DNA of 16,231 bases from a virus. Lineage: Duplodnaviria; Heunggongvirae; Uroviricota; Caudoviricetes. Every line of letters starts with the position of its first letter. Positions within the stretch are counted from its first letter, which is position 1. Shown here one piece after another: positions 8,618-15,702 of the stretch. The DNA lies in the IMG/VR virus record IMGVR_UViG_3300047445_000122; one strand, 5' to 3'. The position numbers and the translations under genes are program-made. Below the pieces are notes generated by a model that was given only the letters and a program-made list of their open reading frames with translations, searched no databases and was not told where the DNA came from.

Positions 8618-9970
8618 ATGACTCAACTGGTCACCGAACAAATGCGTAAAAAGTGGGCTCCTGTACTGGAGGCCAAAGCCACCGACGACAAGACCAAAGC
8701 CCTGTCGAAAGGCGACATCGTCACCCGCCTGATGGAAAATCAGGAAAACTGGATCAAATCCAACCAAGCCCTGATCGAGGCCGCTGCTCCTGGTAACGCT
8801 ACCGGCGCTGCTGTTGCTACCTGGTCCCCAGTGCTGATCAAGATGGTGAAGCGTACCGTGCCGAACCTGATCGCCATGGACTTCTTCGGCACCCAGCCGC
8901 TGAGCACCCCTGATGGTCTGATCTTCGCAATGCGCGCCCGATACAACGGCCCAGCGAACACCAACGCTGAAGCCTTCTACCAGAGCATTCAGTCTGGCTT
9001 CTCCGGTAACGGCACTGCTGACGCTGGCGATCCTGCTGGTTTCCCACAGTTCCTGTGGAATGCTGCTGCTCCAACCTCCGCAACTGGTAAAGACACTCCT
9101 GCTGCCAACCCAGCCTTCGGCAAGGGTATGGCCACTTCTGCTCTGGAAACCCTGGGCTCACAAGGTGGTACTGCATGGGGCAAGATGGGTGTGTCCATCG
9201 AGAAGCAGAGCGTGACCGCTGTTGGTCGTGGCCTGTATGCTGACTACAGCCACGAGCTGCGTCAGGACATGCAAGCAGTTCACGGTGAAGACGTGGATGC
9301 TATCCTGTCCGACATGCTGGTGACTGAGATCCAGTCCGAAATGAACCGTGAGTTCATCCGCACGATGAACCTGGCTGGTAAACTGGGCTGTGCCGCTGGC
9401 ACCTCTGTTCCAGGCGTGTTCAACCTGGCTGCTGACTCCGATGGCCGCTGGCTGCTGGAGCGTCTGAAGTCCCTGATGTTCCGCATCGAGAAAGAAGCGA
9501 ACGCAGTGGCACTGGACACCCGTCGCGGCAAGGCTAACCGCCTCCTGTGCTCGCCTAACGTGGCTTCGGCTCTGGCGATGTCCGGTATGCTGGACTTCAC
9601 CCCTGCACTGGCTGCTAACGCTGGCCTGGAAGTTGACCCAACCGGTCAAACCTTCGCTGGTGTGCTGGCCAACGGTATGCGCGTCTACATCGACCCGTAT
9701 GCTGGTTTCGACTACATCACTGTAGCATTCAAGGGCGCAACTGAGATTGACGCTGGTATCTTCTTCGCACCGTACACTCCTCTGGAAATGTACCGCACTG
9801 TGGGTGAAGATTCCTTCCAACCTCGTATCGCGTTCAAGACCCGTTACGGCGTTGTGGCCAACCCATTCTACGCTCAAGCTGCTGACGGCACCGTTGCCAC
9901 CGGCAAGGGTCTGGGTCAAGGCGAGAACGGATATTTCAGAAAATTCGCGGTACTCGGCGTGAACGGCTAA
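8618..9970 (+). CDS. gp23: Major capsid protein
   Basis: KKWAPVLE, LMENQE, PVLIKMVKRTVPNLIA, GTQPLSTPDGLIFAMRARY, GIFFAPYTPL, FQPRIAFKTRYGVVANPF. GAGGA SD. Likely gp21 cleavage at LIE/AAAP (E54). Confidence 0.98.
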   Translation: MTQLVTEQMRKKWAPVLEAKATDDKTKALSKGDIVTRLMENQENWIKSNQALIEAAAPGNATGAAVATWSPVLIKMVKRTVPNLIAMDFFGTQPLSTPDGLIFAMRARYNGPANTNAEAFYQSIQSGFSGNGTADAGDPAGFPQFLWNAAAPTSATGKDTPAANPAFGKGMATSALETLGSQGGTAWGKMGVSIEKQSVTAVGRGLYADYSHELRQDMQAVHGEDVDAILSDMLVTEIQSEMNREFIRTMNLAGKLGCAAGTSVPGVFNLAADSDGRWLLERLKSLMFRIEKEANAVALDTRRGKANRLLCSPNVASALAMSGMLDFTPALAANAGLEVDPTGQTFAGVLANGMRVYIDPYAGFDYITVAFKGATEIDAGIFFAPYTPLEMYRTVGEDSFQPRIAFKTRYGVVANPFYAQAADGTVATGKGLGQGENGYFRKFAVLGVNG

Positions 9971-9971
9971 G

Positions 9972-10000
9972 ATTGAATGAAGGCTTCGGCCTTCTTCAAT
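9972..10000 (+). other. C(UUCG)G tetraloop hairpin immediately after gp23 stop
   Basis: ATTGAA-t-GAAGGC-TTCG-GCCTTC-TTCAAT. Confidence 0.75.
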
Positions 10001-10010
10001 GCCAAAATGC

Positions 10011-10044
10011 AAAAAGCCCCTGGAGAAATCCAGGGGCTTTTTCT
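10011..10044. terminator. Bidirectional Rho-independent terminator between gp23 and the convergent polymerase operon
   Basis: AAAAAGCCCCTGGA-gaaa-TCCAGGGGCTTTTT; perfect 14-bp stem with an A-tract and a T-tract. Confidence 0.93.
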
Positions 10045-10055
10045 TGTCTGTACTA

Positions 10056-10232
10056 TCACCAGACTACAGGACCATTCACACCAGCAAATGCGAACATGGC
10101 GAAGGCGATCAGGGCTGCGATCAACAATACAACCACGAACGCAAACTTGATGAATCCCCCAACGACTTTGGAGAGGGGCACACCGGCCATCAACAATGCG
10201 GCCGCGATCAGGAGTAAGAGACCGCCGTGCAT
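10056..10232 (-). CDS. Small hydrophobic membrane protein (58 aa, about 2 TM), absent from ORF track
   Basis: Manual translation MHGGLLLLIAAALLMAGVPLSKVVGGFIKFAFVVVLLIAALIAFAMFAFAGVNGPVVW. ATG overlaps the stop of the upstream ORF (TGATG), AAAGGTGG SD, ends just before the terminator. Confidence 0.75.
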   Translation of the reverse strand: MHGGLLLLIAAALLMAGVPLSKVVGGFIKFAFVVVLLIAALIAFAMFAFAGVNGPVVW

Positions 10233-10423
10233 CACACACCACCTTTCACAACTTGTTGGCCTAACAACATCACCAGGAACAGGTAGCCTCCCAAGACGGC
10301 GAGACCACCGCCGATGATGACGGTCAAACGGGTTGGAGTATCTTCACCAAATGTTTCCAGGAAGTTGTTTTGGGCCTGGAACACATTGGCGTTGGTGAGA
10401 TTCGCGTAGTGTGCTTGTTTCAT
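10232..10423 (-). CDS. Hypothetical small membrane protein (63 aa, 1 TM)
   Basis: Hydrophobic LTVIIGGGLAVLGGYLFLVMLLG segment; tightly packed in the operon; no clear SD. Confidence 0.6.
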   Translation of the reverse strand: MKQAHYANLTNANVFQAQNNFLETFGEDTPTRLTVIIGGGLAVLGGYLFLVMLLGQQVVKGGV

Positions 10424-10432
10424 GGTCTGAGG

Positions 10433-10999
10433 TCAGTTAGTTGTGGATGGAATAGACTTTACCTGAAGATGTTCCAAAAGTAAAGCGCTTTCTTTTCGAT
10501 CCAGATACTTCCCAAGGAGCATCGACGACAGGGCAATACTCACACACAACATAGTCGCCCCAAAGCTGAAGTACAAGTCGCCAATGAAGGTCGTTGTGGG
10601 AGTAGCGGCCAGGAAGGTCACACCAGTCATGGTCAAGTGGCGGCTGCGCTTGACGTATCTGATCTTGTACTCATTGATTTGACCAACAATCTCCCGGAGG
10701 AACGACTTGAAGTCAGCCATGTCGACATAGCGCCGCTTCGTCAGAGTTGCCATGATAGTCATGGACAGCATCATGTCGTCCTCTTTGTGATGGTAGTTGT
10801 TGATGGAGCTACCGGAGAACAACAACTTGGTCACTGCATTGTCCACCAGATACACCATCCCATCAACAGCCTCTTTCAGCTCTTGGCGACTTGGGATCAA
10901 GTCGAATTGTTGGGCCAGTTCGTTGTAGTAGTCGAACATGTCCTGTTGGTAGTGGAGGCGCTGTTTAGCGCCCCCTTTCTTGAATTTGAGATTGAACAT
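10433..10999 (-). CDS. Hypothetical protein with C-terminal hydrophobic segments (188 aa)
   Basis: AAAGGA SD, 8 nt downstream of the polymerase stop; hydrophobic stretches TMTGVTFLAA and LYFSFGATMLCVSIALSSMLLG. Confidence 0.75.
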   Translation of the reverse strand: MFNLKFKKGGAKQRLHYQQDMFDYYNELAQQFDLIPSRQELKEAVDGMVYLVDNAVTKLLFSGSSINNYHHKEDDMMLSMTIMATLTKRRYVDMADFKSFLREIVGQINEYKIRYVKRSRHLTMTGVTFLAATPTTTFIGDLYFSFGATMLCVSIALSSMLLGKYLDRKESALLLEHLQVKSIPSTTN

Positions 11000-11007
11000 T
11001 GTGTCCT

Positions 11008-13737
11008 TTACACGAAGAAGTTCATCACTGATGCCTGAGGTTCATGACTCCATTTAATCGCCACCAAGAAGTTGTTCAGTGGATCGACAAAATACTTATT
11101 GAACGATGCCGACTTATCCACCCACTGGTCCATCCCGAACTCAGGACTCAGGAACTCAGGGAAGCCAAAGACCTCCATGCCGTGCGGCGCTCCCTTCTTC
11201 AGGGGAACCATCAGGATTTTGTCGCCACTGACGATCAGCTTCTCATCCAGCTTCTTTGCATAGATGATGCGGTTGTGGTTGATCGCAGCCTTGAGTTGAG
11301 GCGGACACTTCGGAAGCCAGGTGCCCTTGATTGGGTCATCCAGGTACTTCTCCAGGTTGTTGATCGACCGGGGAGCCGCGATCTGGTGAACCGGGAAGGA
11401 CATGAACTCTGCCTTGACGGCCTGGACCTTCTCATGGATAGCGCTCTCAGGTTGAGTCAGAGCCAGCTTGTAGCACTCCTTCAGCCAGTTGCGGCAGAAT
11501 GCTGGATAGTCAGACTTCTTCGCCTCCAGACCCACATACTTCAGCTTCGGCTCCTTGTAACGCACTCCCTCAGAGTCAGCCACCATCAGGGCATAGCGCT
11601 TCTTGGCGGTGAAGATGCCCACATTGAACAGGGTCTCGCGTTTGAACACCAGCTTCGGAGCGTAGCAGTTCAGAGCATTCGACAGTTCCTTCGCCCACTC
11701 CAGCAGCTTCGGTTCAATCTCCTCAGTAAACATCTTGTCCATGAAGTCGATGGTCTCGACATCGGTCATACCAGCACAGACCTTGCTGATGTATGGATCC
11801 AGGCACATGTAGATGGAGTCGGTGTCGCCGGTGATGATGAAGTTCTCACCAGTTGTACCCAGCTTCGCATTGAAGTAGTCATTCATCTTCTTCATGGTAT
11901 AGCGGAGACCGACTTGACCGCCAGAGGTGATGCCCTCAGCGATGCGAATGTCGAAGTATTCGCGCAGCCAGCGGTTCGCAATCGCGCCATAGCCGCCGTT
12001 CGCCACAATCTTGATGCCCCACTGAACGTTGTGCTTGGAGGCGATCAGACCTTCCAGAATCTCAACTGCAGCCTCCTCATACGCATCCAGACCCTTCAAG
12101 TCAACCAGCTCTTGCTCGTGCTTCAGCATTTCCTTCTTCACGACCTTACGCTCAGCATACAGCTCCTCGAACGTCTCAGACAGAATGGATTGCTTATCGA
12201 GGCGGAAGAAAGCACAGTTTGGAGTCATGGTCAGGCCCAGCTTCTTCAGGGTCTTGAACTCATACGCCTCTTCCCAGTAGAACTCATTGATCAGAGCACC
12301 CTGGCGGATGTGTTCCTTCAGTTGACGAATGTATGGTGTAGGTAGCTCTTGGTCCAACTCCTTCACGAGCGCCATACGGACATCATAGGCTTCACGATCA
12401 GACAGGATCGTTTCTGGACCCATGTTGAATTGCATCGCCATATGCGGATACAGAGCATTCGCATCAATCGACACACCCCACTTGTAGCGTCCCGGCTTCG
12501 GTTCCTGGACAAACGCGCCCAGATACTGAGTATCACCCTGGTATGGGGACTTCAGCTCAGGTTCCTGGCCCCGTGCGTGCAGCTTCGCATACAGCATAGC
12601 CGACCACGGTTGAACCGTACCCATGGTGTCTTGAGGGTTGCAGTGGCACAGGTACGCCAGAACATACACCAGCTCGAAGAACTTGTTGACCGCCTCCATA
12701 CGCACGACCAGATTCACGTCTTGGATGTTGTATTGGATGTACTTCTGGTAGTTGGTGAAGTACAGGGTGGTGAGGGACTTGGCCTCATCATAGTTCAGCT
12801 TTTCCTCGTTGAGGTAGTGCTTCGCCGCCGTGTTCAGCTTCTTGTTCTCCAACTCGACATAGCCGTGCTTCTCAACCAGAGCCTTGAAGTCCAGCAGGGT
12901 CACACCATAGATTTCATACTCCACGGTGTCTTTACCGAAGGAGCCGGTGAAGGTGCGTTGGCGGATGATGTTCCATGGGCTGAACTTCTTGGCCCAATCG
13001 TCACCCAGGATTTTCTTCACACGGTTGATGATGTACACCACGTCAAAGGTGTCGCTGTTCCAGCCGGAAATGAAGTCAGGCTCGATACCAGACATCAGAT
13101 TCACGAGGGCGATCAAGAGCGCACGCTCATCATCAAAGCCCTTGTACACCACCTTCAGCCCCCCGGTCTTGGGTTGGGTCTTGTCGTGGACATATGTGCC
13201 GAGTCGGACACCCTTGAAGACTTCCAGACCCAGTGTGATGAACGCCTTCGTTTTCGTGTCGTACACAGTCACGGCGGTCACAGGGTAATTCGCATCTTCA
13301 GGCTCCGGGAAAGGCCCACGAGTCATATTCACGATCTTGCCGCTGGCGTCCACTTCGATGTCGCCGGATTCAACTTCAATGTCCAGGATAGCCCCACGGA
13401 CATGCTTGAACACGTGCTTGATCTTGCCTGGGTAGTTGTTGGCGATGTATTGATACGCCACATCGCGACAACCGTACATCTTGAAGCCCTCAGTGTCCTT
13501 GTAGCGCTCCTGGAAGTCTTCAAACTCGTTAATGGTGTCGAAGTCCATACGCTCTAAGGGTTCATCCCTCAGACTCCGGGCGACCGCCGCAGCGACATTG
13601 TTGGTCTTCATGTACAGGAACGGTTTGAACTCCTCTTGGAATCGCACACGTTCACCAGTTACCTGGTCGATTGCTCGTACATACACTTTGTTGCCTCGTT
13701 TGAAGACATCCGAGTACAACAGGTTTTCATTGGCCAT
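11008..13737 (-). CDS. gp43: B-family DNA polymerase with 3'-5' exonuclease
   Basis: ExoI LDIEV, ExoII GWNSDTFDVVYIINR, ExoIII YNIQDV; Pol motifs IDANALYP, KIVANGGYG, GDTDS, KKRYAL; C-terminal clamp-binding QASVMNFF. AGGAG SD. Confidence 0.98.
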   Translation of the reverse strand: MANENLLYSDVFKRGNKVYVRAIDQVTGERVRFQEEFKPFLYMKTNNVAAAVARSLRDEPLERMDFDTINEFEDFQERYKDTEGFKMYGCRDVAYQYIANNYPGKIKHVFKHVRGAILDIEVESGDIEVDASGKIVNMTRGPFPEPEDANYPVTAVTVYDTKTKAFITLGLEVFKGVRLGTYVHDKTQPKTGGLKVVYKGFDDERALLIALVNLMSGIEPDFISGWNSDTFDVVYIINRVKKILGDDWAKKFSPWNIIRQRTFTGSFGKDTVEYEIYGVTLLDFKALVEKHGYVELENKKLNTAAKHYLNEEKLNYDEAKSLTTLYFTNYQKYIQYNIQDVNLVVRMEAVNKFFELVYVLAYLCHCNPQDTMGTVQPWSAMLYAKLHARGQEPELKSPYQGDTQYLGAFVQEPKPGRYKWGVSIDANALYPHMAMQFNMGPETILSDREAYDVRMALVKELDQELPTPYIRQLKEHIRQGALINEFYWEEAYEFKTLKKLGLTMTPNCAFFRLDKQSILSETFEELYAERKVVKKEMLKHEQELVDLKGLDAYEEAAVEILEGLIASKHNVQWGIKIVANGGYGAIANRWLREYFDIRIAEGITSGGQVGLRYTMKKMNDYFNAKLGTTGENFIITGDTDSIYMCLDPYISKVCAGMTDVETIDFMDKMFTEEIEPKLLEWAKELSNALNCYAPKLVFKRETLFNVGIFTAKKRYALMVADSEGVRYKEPKLKYVGLEAKKSDYPAFCRNWLKECYKLALTQPESAIHEKVQAVKAEFMSFPVHQIAAPRSINNLEKYLDDPIKGTWLPKCPPQLKAAINHNRIIYAKKLDEKLIVSGDKILMVPLKKGAPHGMEVFGFPEFLSPEFGMDQWVDKSASFNKYFVDPLNNFLVAIKWSHEPQASVMNFFV

Positions 13738-13823
13738 ACTTTCTCCTGTTCATGGGTTGGTCAATTTGGATTTATGGGAATGGCTGACTCAGACCTACAG
13801 GGCGGCATTGCACCGCCAGAGCC

Positions 13824-13861
13824 AGAACCCGGATTATAGCGCCATACGTGGACGCCGGTAA
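13824..13861 (-). promoter_or_regulatory. Putative sigma70-type early/middle promoter of polymerase (TTTACC...TATAAT-CCGGGTTCT)
   Basis: Perfect TATAAT on the minus strand (plus 13833-13838), TTTACC 18 nt upstream; the 15-mer is repeated exactly at 16052-16066. Confidence 0.65.
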
Positions 13862-13873
13862 AGCAGGGCATGA

Positions 13874-13880
13874 CTAAGTA
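13874..13880 (+). promoter_or_regulatory. Putative late promoter (CTAAGTA) for gp3
   Basis: Intergenic copy, 29 nt upstream of ATG 13910; AAGGA SD follows. Confidence 0.75.
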
Positions 13881-13909
13881 CAATATTCATACTCAAGGAC
13901 TCATATATC

Positions 13910-14422
13910 ATGGCCGGATATGTAAATTACGATAACGCCCAGTCAAACAGATGGTTCGCCGTCATCAACAACCTACCAGGTGTGGAGTTGAGGTTGCACA
14001 ATTTCGTGATGCCCGGTCTCTCCATTGGTAGCGACAGTATCATACACCGTGGGGACAACATGGTCACAATCCCCGGCGACGCAATCAACATCGAGAACAT
14101 CACTCTCCAATTCCTGGTGGACTCGAAGTATCACAACTACTTCCAAGCCTATCGCTGGATGCGCTCCAACGTAGCCAACAACGCCCCAGAGGTGAGTGAC
14201 ATCACTGTGACTCTGCTCGACAACCAAGGCAATCCACAAGGCACCCAAGTCGTGTACAAAGAGTGCTACCCTCTGGCTCTGGATCAAGTTGAACTGGACT
14301 CCGGTGGCGAGGTACATGACATCATCGGTACATTGACGATAGTTTGTAATGACCTATCCATGCAAGTCAAGCTGGATGAGAAAACCATCCTGTCCTACCC
14401 GGACGATTACGGTTCAGTATAA
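13910..14422 (+). CDS. gp3: Tail tube terminator / tail completion protein, T4 gp3-like
   Basis: 170 aa; MPGLSIG, IPGD...ITLQFLVDS.Y.NY...YRWM, DITVTLLDN, YPLALDQVELDS parallel T4 gp3. Late promoter, and adjacent to uvsY/exonuclease. Confidence 0.8.
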   Translation: MAGYVNYDNAQSNRWFAVINNLPGVELRLHNFVMPGLSIGSDSIIHRGDNMVTIPGDAINIENITLQFLVDSKYHNYFQAYRWMRSNVANNAPEVSDITVTLLDNQGNPQGTQVVYKECYPLALDQVELDSGGEVHDIIGTLTIVCNDLSMQVKLDEKTILSYPDDYGSV

Positions 14423-14423
14423 C

Positions 14424-14454
14424 AAAAGGCTGTGGGAATCCCACAGCCTTTTTT
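14424..14454. terminator. Bidirectional terminator between gp3 and exonuclease
   Basis: AAAAGGCTGTGGG-aat-CCCACAGCCTTTTTT. Confidence 0.92.
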
Positions 14455-14457
14455 CTA

Positions 14458-15204
14458 TCAGTCCTTGAAGCCGCCTTCGGCCTTGAACTTGCGAGCCATT
14501 TCCATCACCTTTGGTACCCAGTCAATCGTGTTCTCCACAACGACTTGACATTCACGATGTACATGGTCTTCTACTGCCAACAGCACCACAATCTTCTTCG
14601 GCAGAACTCCATACATACACTTGTGCATGATGGCGTAGATGGTACACTGGATGAAGTAGTCCTCAATGTCCTCCCGCTTGCTGAGGCGGTTCTTGTTCTT
14701 GAAGTCGATGATGGCAAGTTCGCCGTTCCAGATACCACACAAGTCGACACGACCGGCGAGACCCAGTTCAGCTGAGTACAGGGCGTGCTCTGAGTAGCAT
14801 ACAGCGTCCAGCTTGCGATCAATCACCCGGCGAATCTGGTTGAACATGAATCGATATTGATTCGCATCCATCTCATTCCAGTTCGGATCGTTGGTCACAT
14901 ACAACTCCAGACATTTGTGTACCAACTCACCACGATGACAGGCCCGTTCGGAAATGGCTTGGGCTTCTGCCTCTCCGCCTTCAAGACCGGCCACCCACTT
15001 GGCTCTCCATGAGTCGTCCTCGAAGTATCCAAGGAACGTTGTGACCGATGGGCGCTTGACGCCGTCCGGGCAGTGGTAGTAGCGACGATCATTGACATAC
15101 GTGGTCTCGCCCCAAGCTGACTCCGGGATGATGAGGAGCGGCGGTTGTTGCTTGAAGGTCTTGCGTTTGCCCTTGAGGGCTTTCAATTGGTCCAGACTTG
15201 GCAT
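14458..15204 (-). CDS. PD-(D/E)XK (RecB/Cas4-like fold) exonuclease typical of T4-like phages
   Basis: RPSVTTFL, RGELVH, LAGRVDL...IIDFKN, YFIQCTIYA. ATG 15204 with a GGGGA SD is preferred over the TTG at 15210 used by the ORF track. Confidence 0.85.
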   Translation of the reverse strand: MPSLDQLKALKGKRKTFKQQPPLLIIPESAWGETTYVNDRRYYHCPDGVKRPSVTTFLGYFEDDSWRAKWVAGLEGGEAEAQAISERACHRGELVHKCLELYVTNDPNWNEMDANQYRFMFNQIRRVIDRKLDAVCYSEHALYSAELGLAGRVDLCGIWNGELAIIDFKNKNRLSKREDIEDYFIQCTIYAIMHKCMYGVLPKKIVVLLAVEDHVHRECQVVVENTIDWVPKVMEMARKFKAEGGFKD

Positions 15205-15206
15205 GA

Positions 15207-15632
15207 TCAAATCCCCAATTGTGTCTTCTGGAAGTCGATGGCCAGACGCAGGTTGAAGTTGCGCTCCGCCAGTTGCTTCTTGGAGTCTTCCAGATACTTG
15301 ACAATGCGTTCTTGCTCGTTCAAGATACCCTTCGTCTCAATCATCTTCGGATCGACCTTCAAAAGGTCAGGAATGTCCCCCTTGAGAACTGAGACCCGGA
15401 GCGGTTCTGCCTTGTACTCCTCTGCTGTCGCCTTGCCGCTGTAGTATTGAGTGCGCTTGGCCTTGACCTTCTCAAAGTTGGTGATTGTAGTCTCCAGCTT
15501 CCGAGTCTCAGTTACGTACATGCGTTGGATGGCCGAAAAGATTTTCACCTGGCGGAGGCTTTCATTGCCCAAGTTACCTGCGTCAATCTCCAGTTGTTTG
15601 TCAACTGAGTCCATGATTTCTTCAAGAGTCAT
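15207..15632 (-). CDS. uvsY: Recombination mediator protein UvsY
   Basis: 141 aa; MTLEEI..., EIDAGNLGNES, RTQYYSGK, AERNFNLRLAIDF follow T4 UvsY. AAAGGA SD. Confidence 0.9.
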   Translation of the reverse strand: MTLEEIMDSVDKQLEIDAGNLGNESLRQVKIFSAIQRMYVTETRKLETTITNFEKVKAKRTQYYSGKATAEEYKAEPLRVSVLKGDIPDLLKVDPKMIETKGILNEQERIVKYLEDSKKQLAERNFNLRLAIDFQKTQLGI

Positions 15633-15681
15633 TCTGTTTCCTTTGATATGTTAGTCCACGAAGGGAGTTGGGTGTTGCCAT

Positions 15682-15690
15682 TGTTATACT
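15682..15690 (+). promoter_or_regulatory. Possible extended -10 promoter (TGtTATACT)
   Basis: TG-n-TATACT match with no -35; could be incidental in an AT-rich patch. Confidence 0.3.
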
Positions 15691-15702
15691 GTATATATTA
15701 CA

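Noticed and set aside
9967-10242. 91-aa minus-strand ORF, and plus-strand ORFs 9973-10317 and 9999-10217
   Set aside because: They run through the terminator; the 58-aa frame 10056-10232 has an SD, translational coupling and coherent hydrophobic composition.
14458-15204. Cas4/CRISPR interpretation of the exonuclease
   Set aside because: No CRISPR repeat-spacer array in the window and no clear Cas4 Fe-S cysteine pattern; this nuclease is a common uvsY neighbour in T4-like phages.
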